64,000 bases of DNA from positions 32,001 to 96,000 of IMG/VR virus record IMGVR_UViG_3300010885_036069. One strand, written 5' to 3'. The notes beneath the pieces were generated by a model. It ran no database searches, was not told where the DNA came from, and was given only the letters and a program-made list of their open reading frames with translations. The translations under genes were made by a program, and so were the position numbers. Positions 46,132-55,957 of this stretch are shown one piece after another. How positions within the stretch are numbered: the first letter of the stretch is position 1; each line of letters opens with the position of its first letter. Source of the DNA: a virus.

Positions 46132-48351
46132 TTAGTCAACAAACTTGAGGCGGCACCGGCAAGCAAGCGCCAAATGTGCAGGAGCAAGCGGATCTCCGGG
46201 GTAGCGAAGTCCTACGCCATCAATGGAGAACGCATCCCCAATATCAATCGTCTTACCTTCAAGCATCCGATGCTGGGGCCGTACCCGCTCATCGCGTCGG
46301 GTTCGCCATGTCTTCTGTGGCGCTCCAGTCTGCTGTCCAGCAAGATACATACCGCCATTAAATGCTGCTTGTGACTCAATTTCAGCAATCCGTCGACGAC
46401 GCTTTGAGAGAAGATCAACAAAAATTGCAGCAAGAGCAGCAATCAGGAGCTTATGGCCCTCTTCGGGATCTTCATTTCCGAGCGTCTTGGCGGCAAGAAT
46501 GGCAGCGGCAATTTCTTCCATAGTGGTGCGGTTGACCTGCTGAATTCGCCGTGTTTGCTGGTTCACAATATCCTGATATTCATCCTCAGTTGGATCAACA
46601 GGAATGTCAGCCTTTGAGCCGACCATCCCAGCAGCATCAGAAACTATTCCGGAAATAACTGGTCGTAAATCTTCAGAAATCTGTTTGTTCCAAGTTTCAA
46701 TATCAAAAAGATTCTCGGGTTCAAGTTTTCCTTCAGCAAGGGCTTTTCGTGCCTTTGCTCCCTTGGCCTTTTCAAGGATTACTCGCTGCTGACGCTCAAC
46801 AAACCGCTCAAGGGTGCGATCCATGATGGCCTCCCAACGTGTTGTTGAGTCAGCCGCTTTCGCATCCCATTCGTCATTATCTGACCAGCGCTTGACGAGG
46901 ATTTCAGAAAGCGGTTCTGAAAGTGTCTGCATGCTTTCGGCCATGCCAGGCTCGCTGATTGGAGCAGCCTCTGGCGGTGCGGCCCCTGCTTGAGCCTCCG
47001 CCGGACCTTCGGCTGCCGCTGCCTGCATTGGGTTTGGCATCCCATCAGGACCGACCGGTGCAACTCCCGGCATTCCCGGCATTCCCGGCTGTGCCTGTTG
47101 TTGAGTTGGGTCAACATAGGGCATATCCCTGCTCGTATTGCCAATTGGAGCAAGATTAGGATTGGCAAGCATTGAATCGGCAAGATCGGAAACGACTGGA
47201 CCTCGCCCTGTTCCGTCGCGATATTCGTTAGCCGTAATCAACCCATTCCCAAACTCCGTGAGCAAATACTGCTCACGCTCCTGTTTGGCGAGGATAAGAA
47301 TTGGGACATTTGAGGTATCAAACTCAAACCAGTGCTTGTCATCAAGTGGGTCAAAGCCCCTTGCAAGCATTTCAAGATGTGGACCCATTGTCTCCATCCA
47401 GAAAACACGCAATTCCTCAGAAGCGTTGGAAAAGGTGCGACCTGAAGCATTTCCAATTACCGATTCAGGAACACCGAAAGCGGCAAGAATTTCTTCCTTG
47501 GTTAATCGTCGCATTTCAACATAGGCGGCATCGCGAGGGTTTGAACCCGTATCAATATAGTCAGCACCCTCTTCTGATGCAATAATTGAAACAGCTCCAG
47601 CACGCCCGATATTTCCACGGAATCGACTACGAAGTTCTTCCTTGTCTTCCTCGTCCATGTCACCGCGAACGACAATCAAGCCACCTGGGCGACCATCATT
47701 AATAAGGAAATTTCGGTTATAGAACTTGGAGAGATTCTCAATTTCAATGGCAACCCCAGCGGCCTCCATTGGAGTCATTGAAAGGTAGGGGTCTAGCGGG
47801 TGAGGATGTCGGAACCAAAGGACATCCTCTGGTCGCAAAACCGTCTTATTTGGCTGCCCTGGAATATCAACCTCAAATCCAGAAACAAACTTTTTTGCGT
47901 CTGGAATCGGTGAAGTATGTTGCGGTGGAAGAAGATGAAGGGCAATTGGATTTCCATCCCGACCGCGAACAATTTCCACAAATGCCCCACGAGTGGACAT
48001 TAGAAGTTGGGCTGACAACCGATAACGAAAAACGAAACTATTTTCACCAGGATTGGAAACTGAGTTGAATAACTTTAAAATATCATGAGTTTCAACGATT
48101 GGCCCAACCGGAGAATTGTTCTTCCTAAGACGAACGGGAAGCCGAGCTTGATTTCCTGCTAATGCATCAATAGCACGGAAGAGCCAAGTAACCTTCTTGA
48201 CTCCATCGTAATAGGCGCGATCAATGTCCCATCCATCGTGATACCCGCGCCCTGGTTGCAGCGCAGCGCTAGTTGTTACTGGGGCGCCATAGGAAATTGC
48301 CTTGCCGCTAGAACCAGTAATTTGCTTGTTGCTCGGTGTGTTCCAAGCCAT
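46132..48351 (-). CDS. Portal protein fused to a MuF (Mu gpF-like) head morphogenesis domain
   Basis: Portal motifs (AIDALAGNQARLP, EEILAAFGVP, GLITANEYR); C-terminal KTWRTRRDERVRPQH...LRYPGDP...CRC. Confidence 0.92.
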   Translation of the reverse strand: MAWNTPSNKQITGSSGKAISYGAPVTTSAALQPGRGYHDGWDIDRAYYDGVKKVTWLFRAIDALAGNQARLPVRLRKNNSPVGPIVETHDILKLFNSVSNPGENSFVFRYRLSAQLLMSTRGAFVEIVRGRDGNPIALHLLPPQHTSPIPDAKKFVSGFEVDIPGQPNKTVLRPEDVLWFRHPHPLDPYLSMTPMEAAGVAIEIENLSKFYNRNFLINDGRPGGLIVVRGDMDEEDKEELRSRFRGNIGRAGAVSIIASEEGADYIDTGSNPRDAAYVEMRRLTKEEILAAFGVPESVIGNASGRTFSNASEELRVFWMETMGPHLEMLARGFDPLDDKHWFEFDTSNVPILILAKQEREQYLLTEFGNGLITANEYRDGTGRGPVVSDLADSMLANPNLAPIGNTSRDMPYVDPTQQQAQPGMPGMPGVAPVGPDGMPNPMQAAAAEGPAEAQAGAAPPEAAPISEPGMAESMQTLSEPLSEILVKRWSDNDEWDAKAADSTTRWEAIMDRTLERFVERQQRVILEKAKGAKARKALAEGKLEPENLFDIETWNKQISEDLRPVISGIVSDAAGMVGSKADIPVDPTEDEYQDIVNQQTRRIQQVNRTTMEEIAAAILAAKTLGNEDPEEGHKLLIAALAAIFVDLLSKRRRRIAEIESQAAFNGGMYLAGQQTGAPQKTWRTRRDERVRPQHRMLEGKTIDIGDAFSIDGVGLRYPGDPLAPAHLALACRCRLKFVD

Positions 48352-48557
48352 TATTCAGCCCCAAGGATGTAGCCGACAATTCCGGAAGTTACGCCAAAGC
48401 AGATCCATCCTGCCGGCGGGTAGATCATTGCAACTCCAATGCTTGGTGCAATAATAAAACCAAACATAAGCAAATAAGCAGCAATTAGCCTCCACTGCTT
48501 TCCTGCAAGTCTTTTGGGGATTGACACAAAGAAGCGTTTGGTAGCAGTGAGGTTCAT
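48351..48557 (-). CDS. Small two-TM protein upstream of the portal
   Basis: Hydrophobic GVAMIYPPAGWI pattern typical of pre-portal genes. Confidence 0.7.
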   Translation of the reverse strand: MNLTATKRFFVSIPKRLAGKQWRLIAAYLLMFGFIIAPSIGVAMIYPPAGWICFGVTSGIVGYILGAE

Positions 48558-48607
48558 TTTCCTACGGTTCGTTAGGCTAATCTTGCTGACAATCCTAGCG
48601 CATTAAG

Positions 48608-49930
48608 GTGACAAGAGTGGCAGATCAGGACTGGGGAGAAATTCTCAAGTACTTAAAACCAAAAGAACCGTTGTTTTGTCCAGAACTTCCATCCGTTCAG
48701 CAACAGGTGTTTTTGCGTACCAATGCCATTGAGGCTCTCTTTGGTGGGGCTGCGGGCGGTGGAAAGTCAAGTGCGCTCTTGATGGCGGCACTTCAATATG
48801 TGGATATCCCGAGTTATTCGGCATTGCTGTTCAGAAAGAGCCTAACCGACCTCACCCTTCCGGGCGCCCTTATGGATCGTTTCCGTGAATGGGTCGCTCC
48901 GCATGACGATGTTCGATGGAACGCCAACACCTATACGGCGGTATTCCCCTCGGGCGCTCGTATTTCCTTCGGGTATCTCAATAACAAAGAGGACTACCTC
49001 CGCTACAAGGGCGTTGAGGCCCAGTTCATCGGAATGGACGAAGTAACCGAAATCCGAGAGTCGGACTACAGGTACTTGTTCTCTCGTCTGCGCCGTCCTT
49101 CTTCTGGGCCGCTGAGCCGAGTTCCACTTCGCATGCGATGTGCGTCAAACCCTGCTCCAAATTGGGTTAGGCAACGATTCATTATTGAGGGTCGTGAAAA
49201 GAATCGGATCTTCGTCCCATCTAAGTTGACCGACAACCCCGGCGTTGATGCTGCCTCGTACCGGAAGGCGCTGCAAGAACTTGATCCAGTAGAACGTCGT
49301 CGCCTAGAAGAAGGCGATTGGTTTGTTACATCCTTGGGATCAATGTTCAACCGTGAGGACTTTGTAATCATTGACCCGATGGAAGTTCCCACGATGGTAA
49401 ATAAGGTTTCTAGAGTCGTCAGGTTTTGGGATTTCGCTGCTACTGAACCATCTAGTTCCAATCCGGACCCTGACTGGACAGTCGGAACATTGGTAATGTT
49501 CACAGAGGGCATCGTCTACATTCTTGATGTTCGTCGAGCGCGAGTTCGTTCAGAAAAGGTAGAGGCACTTATCCGGCAGACAGCCGATGAGGATGGGCCG
49601 CTAGTTTCAATCCGGATGGAGCAAGAACCAGGCTCATCCGGAAAAGCCCTTATAGATCAATATGCGCGATATGTGCTACCTGGTTTTGATGTCCAAGGAA
49701 TCAGGGCAACGGGGGACAAAGAGAGTCGCGCGCGCCCATTTGCATCTTCCGTGGCAAATGGTAATGTTCGAGTCGTTCGGGCGTCTTGGCTGTCAGATTG
49801 GCTAGACGAATTTGCAACTTTTCCCGAATCGCTCGCCCATGACGATCAAGTTGACTCAGCGGTAGGCGCTTTTACATTTTTGGCTGGCCTTGGACTTCCA
49901 CAACGGAAAAGGGCTAGCATCATTCTCTAG
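48608..49930 (+). CDS. terL: Terminase large subunit
   Basis: GGAAGGGKS Walker A, FIGMDE Walker B, ASNP, RFWDFA, DPDWTVG, HDDQVDS. Confidence 0.95.
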   Translation: MTRVADQDWGEILKYLKPKEPLFCPELPSVQQQVFLRTNAIEALFGGAAGGGKSSALLMAALQYVDIPSYSALLFRKSLTDLTLPGALMDRFREWVAPHDDVRWNANTYTAVFPSGARISFGYLNNKEDYLRYKGVEAQFIGMDEVTEIRESDYRYLFSRLRRPSSGPLSRVPLRMRCASNPAPNWVRQRFIIEGREKNRIFVPSKLTDNPGVDAASYRKALQELDPVERRRLEEGDWFVTSLGSMFNREDFVIIDPMEVPTMVNKVSRVVRFWDFAATEPSSSNPDPDWTVGTLVMFTEGIVYILDVRRARVRSEKVEALIRQTADEDGPLVSIRMEQEPGSSGKALIDQYARYVLPGFDVQGIRATGDKESRARPFASSVANGNVRVVRASWLSDWLDEFATFPESLAHDDQVDSAVGAFTFLAGLGLPQRKRASIIL

Positions 49931-49960
49931 GCAATATCTAACTAACAGACAAACCAAAGG

Positions 49961-50440
49961 TTGACCATGACCGAAGAATTTGACATTGCATATTTACTTG
50001 GCGTGATTTACGACCATGTGAACTCTGGTCTTCTTCAAGAAGATCAAGAATCCCTTGCGGAACTTGTAATGATTCTGGCTGAAGCAAAGAGTGAAATTTC
50101 AGACATGCTTGAAATGACAAAAACTCGTCTTGCAGATGAAATGGGCGACTCATCATTGTTCAACTTTGAGGGAGTCACCTTTGAAAAGAAATACAGCGTC
50201 CCAAGGAAGACATGGGACCATAAGGGTCTGACAAATGTCGTCGCTACGAGGATCGTTGACATGTCCGTTGACATGGACACTGGCGAAGTTCTGAAGACCC
50301 CACAAGAAATGCTTGCAGAATTAGTCAAATACACAGGAATTTCTTATTGGAAAGTCAAGGAGCTTGAGAAAATTGGAATCAACGCAAACAACTACTGCGA
50401 AACCGGTGACTCGAAAGCGAACATCATCATCCGCAAGTAG
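49961..50440 (+). CDS. Hypothetical protein of the recombination module
   Basis: 159-aa ORF upstream of the recombinase. Confidence 0.7.
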   Translation: MTMTEEFDIAYLLGVIYDHVNSGLLQEDQESLAELVMILAEAKSEISDMLEMTKTRLADEMGDSSLFNFEGVTFEKKYSVPRKTWDHKGLTNVVATRIVDMSVDMDTGEVLKTPQEMLAELVKYTGISYWKVKELEKIGINANNYCETGDSKANIIIRK

Positions 50441-50465
50441 TAAAACTAAAAAGGAAAACTTGATT

Positions 50466-51167
50466 GTGACTACCGAAGAAGCAACACCGGTTGTATCTAT
50501 TGACTACGACAAGATCATGGCTGAACTTGCAGAACCATTCCCAGCGGAACTGCTGCGAGAAAATCCAGCAAAGCGGCTTACTTATGTTCCAATCGCTGAA
50601 GTAATTGCGCGACTCAATCGAGTTCTTGGTGTTCAGAATTGGTCAACTGAAATCCTTCGCGCTTGGCGCGAACCGGATCATCCTGATTGGGTTATTTCTC
50701 AAGTTAGGTTGACTATTCGCATTGGATCTCAAACGATCACACGCGAAGGAATTGGTGGACAGCAAGTCAAGTTCCGCAAGAGCGGTGATGTGGTTGATCT
50801 TGGTGATGAGTTCAAGGGTGCATATTCGGACGCTCTTAAGAAAGCAGCACAATCTCTTGGAGTGGGTCTTGAACTTGCTCGAACTGACGAAGCACTCGCT
50901 TATGTTGAAGACACCTATGAAGCCCCTGCCGAACCTACTCCCGAGTCAAAGGTCTATACAGTTCTGAAGGGTCACATTGATTCAATGTCGCCAGATCAGA
51001 AAATGGAACTGAAGACTTGGTGGGGTTCTATGTATCCAGGTCAAGGTGCGCCATCAACAACATCCTCACTTGACGCTCTTAACGCTGCAATTATTGAGGC
51101 CGTCAAGATCACCACACCAGGGATGATCGCAGTTAATCCCAACACTGGAGAATCCCTTGAAGGTTGA
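50466..51167 (+). CDS. Rad52/22 (Sak)-family single-strand annealing protein
   Basis: LAEPF, LTYV...VIARLNRVLG..NW, REGIG, KGAYSDALKKAA..LGVG. Confidence 0.88.
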   Translation: MTTEEATPVVSIDYDKIMAELAEPFPAELLRENPAKRLTYVPIAEVIARLNRVLGVQNWSTEILRAWREPDHPDWVISQVRLTIRIGSQTITREGIGGQQVKFRKSGDVVDLGDEFKGAYSDALKKAAQSLGVGLELARTDEALAYVEDTYEAPAEPTPESKVYTVLKGHIDSMSPDQKMELKTWWGSMYPGQGAPSTTSSLDALNAAIIEAVKITTPGMIAVNPNTGESLEG

Positions 51168-51936
51168 TGGTGAAGTATGCGAAACGCCCGCTCACCTCTC
51201 ACCCTCGTCAATCGGAACGTGGCAGCAATGTCCGTTGCGGTTTAGGTACAGCAGGCTTGATCGCATCCAAGAACCCTCAACACAGCCTCAAATTCTTGGT
51301 TCTTTCGTTCATGAGGTTCTTGAGTTTCTTTACATGGAACCAGCAGAGGAGAGAACACTTGCCACGGCAAGGCGACTTTCTGCAAAACTTTGGGCTGAGA
51401 AGTGGGAACAAGAAGTTGAAGTTCTTGGGCTGAGTGACGAAAATCTCCACAAGTTCCGATGGCAGTCGTGGTGGTGCATAGAAGCACTTTGGGCAATGGA
51501 AGACCCTCGGTCAATGGAATTCGCCGGCATTGAGAAGAAACTAGAAATGAAGGTCGGTGACGCAAAACTTCTCGGGATTGTTGATAGGTACCATCATGAC
51601 GAGAACGGAAAGATTGTCATTGGTGACTACAAGACCGGCAAGAAGCCTCGCGCAAAGTACGAGGAGGAGAAACGCTTTCAGCTCACTGTTTATGTTGACC
51701 TCATTCAAAGTACTCTTGATGAGTCTGTCAGCGCAGCAGAACTTCTCTACCTCAAAGAGGGCGTTCGATGGACAATCCATCCCACAGAGGAGGATGTTCT
51801 TAAAATGCGAGAAGTAGTTATGAATGTATGGTCCGAAATCAAAACTGGCTGCGCTACCGGAACTTTTGAAGCGCGACCAACGATCCTTTGCGACTGGTGC
51901 AATTACAAGAGTTTTTGTCCAGCGCACGAACGGTAA
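51157..51936 (+). CDS. RecB/Cas4-like PD-(D/E)XK exonuclease
   Basis: HLSPS...QCP, GSFVHEVLE, GIVDR, IGDYKTGK, QL.VY, C-terminal CDWCNYKSFC. Confidence 0.92.
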   Translation: MKVDGEVCETPAHLSPSSIGTWQQCPLRFRYSRLDRIQEPSTQPQILGSFVHEVLEFLYMEPAEERTLATARRLSAKLWAEKWEQEVEVLGLSDENLHKFRWQSWWCIEALWAMEDPRSMEFAGIEKKLEMKVGDAKLLGIVDRYHHDENGKIVIGDYKTGKKPRAKYEEEKRFQLTVYVDLIQSTLDESVSAAELLYLKEGVRWTIHPTEEDVLKMREVVMNVWSEIKTGCATGTFEARPTILCDWCNYKSFCPAHER

Positions 51937-51937
51937 A

Positions 51938-52501
51938 ATGTTAACTGATGACAATTTCGCTCGGCTTGTTGCTGAAGATGTAAAAAATCGTGTTTCAAGT
52001 GAACAATCCGATTACCTCAGACAGCCGGAAAATCATGATCGCTGGAAGCGTTCGCTTCAGTTGCTCCTTGTCAACCTTGATGGTCAGTTGGATGAATTGG
52101 CGGCCAAGGAGGAGCTTGAGGTTCGTCGCTATAGCGATCTTGGGGTTGATGGGGTCGGGCTACTTGCGGAAGTTCAAACGGTCATTGAACAGCGAAGACG
52201 AAAGATTGTTCGTTTTAGGTTCCACGTTGAGCAGCGACTTGATGATGTAACCCGAATGAGTAACGCCGTCAGCAAGGTTGAGTCTGAACAGATTGGTAAT
52301 TACAACCTCCTCAGGTCTGCAATTCAAAAACACAAGTCAATTGTTCTTGATGAGGACTTTTTCCCTTCGTTGTCGGATGCCGAGCAAGACTCGGTTGATG
52401 AAGCCCTATGGGCATCTCTTGATGGGGTGTGGGCTTTTGATGGCATTGAGTTAACTGGAGAAAAGCAAGATGAGAAAAACCGCACCCCGCCCGGTCACTA
52501 A
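51938..52501 (+). CDS. Hypothetical helical protein
   Basis: Start at MLTDDNF immediately after the exonuclease stop. Confidence 0.7.
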   Translation: MLTDDNFARLVAEDVKNRVSSEQSDYLRQPENHDRWKRSLQLLLVNLDGQLDELAAKEELEVRRYSDLGVDGVGLLAEVQTVIEQRRRKIVRFRFHVEQRLDDVTRMSNAVSKVESEQIGNYNLLRSAIQKHKSIVLDEDFFPSLSDAEQDSVDEALWASLDGVWAFDGIELTGEKQDEKNRTPPGH

Positions 52502-53558
52502 AATTGGGATTGCATCAGCCGACTGGTCTGCATCGCTGAGGGATTACGAGTTTCATCCAGTCATGGGCGGAGCGTGCTGGGTTCGATTTGGTCAATTGAT
52601 GCCATACACGAGGAACCATTTTGTATTTGGAAAACTCGCTATTTCAAAGGGACTTCCGCATGTGCAGTCCCATGACGGCGTTCTCCATACCGACTGCTCT
52701 GTCATTGTTATGCAGAGAAATATGGGAATTGACGTTCCTGATGCTGTTTCTAAAGCGGTGGCCTCGGGCCGGAAAATCGTAAATGATGTTGATGATTGGT
52801 TTTGGGGCATTCATCCGAAAAATGGAGCCGCTAAGGCAGTAGATCCAAAACTAAATAAAAAGTCAAATCTTGATTTTTATAAATTAACCCTAGAGCGATC
52901 TTCGCTGGTCACGGTTTCAACACCATTTCTAGAAAATGAATTGATGAGTTGGAATCCTAAAGTTCAACTAATTAGAAATCATATTGCTTATGCAAATTTC
53001 AAGCCGAGGGTTCACAGGAAGGCCATTCCAATTATTGGATGGTGCGGTTCAACCGGTCATCGCTCAGATGATCTCCCAATATTAAAAGAACCTTTTTCTC
53101 AGATAAAAAAGTCAAAACAGAAGTTCTTCTTTCATCATACGGGACATATTCAAGATGCAAAGTCCTTTGCTTCTGAGGTCGGACTTGCAGAAAAAGAAGT
53201 AACCAAACTCCCGTTACTAATGCCTTCTGAATATCCATCAGGATTTTGTTTTGATATTGGCGTTGTTCCGCTTAGCGATATTCCTTTTAATGATGCGAAA
53301 TCTTGGATCAAGGGTCTTGAATATGCCGCCGCTGGGATTCCGTTTATTGCCTCGTCATCCCCAGAGTACAGAATCCTTCATGATGAATATGGAGTTGGTC
53401 GACTTGCTAGTACTCCAGAAGAATGGGTAGAACATTTTACTGAATTGTCTGATCCCATGACCAGGGCCGTGGAAGCAACTAGAAACCGCCAGATAGTCAT
53501 TGATAATTTTGATCCACAGGCAATGGCCAATCAGTGGGATGAATTGGCATGGTCTTAA
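52470..53558 (+). CDS. Glycosyltransferase, GT-B (family 4-like)
   Basis: NDVDD, VTVSTPFL, IGWCGS, DIGVVPL...FNDAKSWIKGLEYAAAGIP. Confidence 0.9.
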   Translation: MRKTAPRPVTKIGIASADWSASLRDYEFHPVMGGACWVRFGQLMPYTRNHFVFGKLAISKGLPHVQSHDGVLHTDCSVIVMQRNMGIDVPDAVSKAVASGRKIVNDVDDWFWGIHPKNGAAKAVDPKLNKKSNLDFYKLTLERSSLVTVSTPFLENELMSWNPKVQLIRNHIAYANFKPRVHRKAIPIIGWCGSTGHRSDDLPILKEPFSQIKKSKQKFFFHHTGHIQDAKSFASEVGLAEKEVTKLPLLMPSEYPSGFCFDIGVVPLSDIPFNDAKSWIKGLEYAAAGIPFIASSSPEYRILHDEYGVGRLASTPEEWVEHFTELSDPMTRAVEATRNRQIVIDNFDPQAMANQWDELAWS

Positions 53559-53559
53559 T

Positions 53560-53862
53560 ATGAGGCATAGGTCCAAGAAAAAAGAAGCGGAATATGCCCT
53601 AAGACGCCCACTAGTAAAGCGAATGCTTGAAGAAAGTCCTTGGTGTCAAGCCTGTCCGGTGTTTGCCGAACACGACGAAAAGGTCATATACCGACGGAAC
53701 CAGTCTTGCGATGTGCATGAACTGAAGCGTCGAAGCCAGGGTGGTTCAATCCTTGACGAGGAGAACTGCATCACCGTATGTCGTCCGTGTCATCAGCGAA
53801 TTGGCAACTACCCACAGTTGGCATTTGACCTTGGACTAGCCAAACATGGTTGGGAAGATTAA
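53560..53862 (+). CDS. HNH endonuclease
   Basis: CQAC...DVHE...SQGGS...NCITVCRPCH. Confidence 0.85.
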   Translation: MRHRSKKKEAEYALRRPLVKRMLEESPWCQACPVFAEHDEKVIYRRNQSCDVHELKRRSQGGSILDEENCITVCRPCHQRIGNYPQLAFDLGLAKHGWED

Positions 53863-54467
53863 TCCATCGGCGAAAAGGATGCTTTTTTCTGCTTAACGCG
53901 TGGCGAGTTTTTCCATGCTTCAGCAAGTTTTTCACCGTCTGCGGTGACTTCTTCTCCACCGTTAAGAAATGTGGATGCTCCACTTGCGATATGAATGATG
54001 TCGGCAACATTGAAGAGCCTAAAGGAAATCCCCATACGTCGATAATCGCTACTGACGTAAACCTGCTGGAGTTTTCCACTTTCTTGTTCCCATCGGACGG
54101 CAGCAACTTGATCTGCCGTGGTGTGTCCGAGCCTGCGGAACTCTTCTATTTCTAAAACGTGACCGTTGGGGAATCTGTTGTCAGCGAAAGCAACGATTGA
54201 ATATGTTGCTGGAAACGGCTCTTTGTGTCGTGGTACTAGCAGATACCAGAGATCAGGGATTTTTGGTGAGTAACTGCGATCCGACCAAATGACCAGACGA
54301 TCATTTTCTAGGCTAATAGTTGAGTAGGGGTCCGCCAGCGTGGGTTTAGCGTCTGCCTCAATCGTGGAAGGTTTTGCAACTTCTTCCGTCGTGAATGATT
54401 GAACTGCGTTCCAGTCCTCGTTTAGAGGGGCAGAACGCCAAAACCACGTTGTCGGGTATTCGGTCAT
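53859..54467 (-). CDS. GNAT-like hypothetical protein
   Basis: QVYVSSDYRRMGIS motif-A-like segment; TADG. Confidence 0.6.
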   Translation of the reverse strand: MTEYPTTWFWRSAPLNEDWNAVQSFTTEEVAKPSTIEADAKPTLADPYSTISLENDRLVIWSDRSYSPKIPDLWYLLVPRHKEPFPATYSIVAFADNRFPNGHVLEIEEFRRLGHTTADQVAAVRWEQESGKLQQVYVSSDYRRMGISFRLFNVADIIHIASGASTFLNGGEEVTADGEKLAEAWKNSPRVKQKKASFSPMD

Positions 54468-54470
54468 GGG

Positions 54471-54989
54471 TTACAGGTTAGACCCGCAACCTTCGTAACC
54501 GATGACAATTGTTGCTGCGGTGTAGTCGGTGTCAAGACCTGAGAAGTCTCCACCATCAGTCCAAATGTAAAACATCAAGTATTCGTCTGGGTCAATCTGA
54601 GATACAAGACCGGCGTAGTCGCCATAGGAATACCATTCCCATTCGCCTTCAATCGGCTTCACCATTGGAGTTGCCACATTGCTGACATACACGCCAGTGC
54701 CGCAGTCCACCGTTGGTTTTTCGTTCGGACCGAAGAACTCAATGATGTCTTCGTAGTCTGGGTCAACCCCCGGAAGGGTTTGATCACTCTGACGGCCCTT
54801 GGCGCAACCAAGACCCCAAATGCGTCCGTCTTCAAACTCGCCACGACATTCGCCGTTTACAATCAATTGAACGCTTGTAACATTTACCTTTGACGGGAAT
54901 GAGACTAGGCGATACCAGTTGGGGGAATCGTTTTCGTCAAAGTGATCAAGGGTTACGGTCATTGTTGATTCTGGGGTGATTCCGGACAT
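54471..54989 (-). CDS. Hypothetical beta-rich protein
   Basis: GAGGAG RBS; about 172-aa ORF. Confidence 0.65.
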   Translation of the reverse strand: MSGITPESTMTVTLDHFDENDSPNWYRLVSFPSKVNVTSVQLIVNGECRGEFEDGRIWGLGCAKGRQSDQTLPGVDPDYEDIIEFFGPNEKPTVDCGTGVYVSNVATPMVKPIEGEWEWYSYGDYAGLVSQIDPDEYLMFYIWTDGGDFSGLDTDYTAATIVIGYEGCGSNL

Positions 54990-55050
54990 GTACACTCCTC
55001 AAGTGCGGGATTAATATTCCGAACAATACCATAATGGGAATACTCATATT

Positions 55051-55602
55051 GTGAATATAAAAATAGTTGGTCTGGACTTATCCCTCACTTCAACTGGATT
55101 CTCTTGCGGGGATTCCATTGAAACTATTTCGGTTTCAACCAAAGGGCCACAACGATTATCTTCTATTCGTAACTCAATTATTGAGTTGTTAGAACCGATA
55201 GATAACCCGTGTGTTTGCATTGAGGGCTACAGTTTCGCAAGCAGAAATTCCCAAGCTCATTCAATAGGTGAACTCGGCGGTGTGATTCGAGTCGCTCTAT
55301 GGGAACGCCAGATTCCTTACATTGAAATTCCTCCGACCAGCAGAGCAAAATTTGCGACAGGACGAGGGAACGCCGCTAAGACTGAGGTGATGTCAGCGAT
55401 TTCGGCACGCACAGGAATCGTCTGGTCCGGAAAGGGCGCCGACGATAAATGTGATGCTTGGATTCTAGAGCAAATGGGTAAAACCAAATTAGGGCAATCC
55501 GATTACGAATGGCCGGCAATCAACCTTGAAGCACTAATCAAGATTGATTGGTCCCCTTTACAGCAATTAGAAGAAGAGGTAGTTTCTCTGAATGATGAAT
55601 AA
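55051..55602 (+). CDS. ruvC: RuvC-like Holliday junction resolvase
   Basis: VGLDLSLTSTG, CIEGY, GELGGV, KFATGRGNA.K, DDKCDA. Confidence 0.9.
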   Translation: MNIKIVGLDLSLTSTGFSCGDSIETISVSTKGPQRLSSIRNSIIELLEPIDNPCVCIEGYSFASRNSQAHSIGELGGVIRVALWERQIPYIEIPPTSRAKFATGRGNAAKTEVMSAISARTGIVWSGKGADDKCDAWILEQMGKTKLGQSDYEWPAINLEALIKIDWSPLQQLEEEVVSLNDE

Positions 55603-55951
55603 CTCGGGAAAGCGAAATGCTCCTATTTCACAGGTTGATGTGGAAGAGGAAATTATTAGATTACTTAACTTACTTGAATCCGAAACCGAAGCATTTGAAC
55701 TTCTTGCTGAGGACTCAGCAAAAAAAGAGGCTCGCTACAAGGCCGAATGGGCAAAGGCGTATCTCTCAGCAAATGGTTCAATCAAGGAACGCGAAGCCTG
55801 GTCCGATTATCAGATGGAATCACAGTCGCTGGATCACAAGATCGCTGAAGCGCTTCTCAAGTCAAAACGTGAAAAACTCACATCGCTCAGGACTAGTATT
55901 GATGCCCTCCGGACGCTGAACGCAAATGTTCGCTCCATGACAATGCCCTAG
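55592..55951 (+). CDS. Coiled-coil hypothetical protein
   Basis: Helical and charged; adjacent to RuvC. Confidence 0.7.
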   Translation: MMNNSGKRNAPISQVDVEEEIIRLLNLLESETEAFELLAEDSAKKEARYKAEWAKAYLSANGSIKEREAWSDYQMESQSLDHKIAEALLKSKREKLTSLRTSIDALRTLNANVRSMTMP

Positions 55952-55957
55952 ATAACT

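Noticed and set aside
51157-51936. Cas4 as evidence of a CRISPR-Cas system
   Set aside because: No other cas genes or arrays are present; it sits beside a Rad52-like annealase, as in ordinary phage recombination modules.
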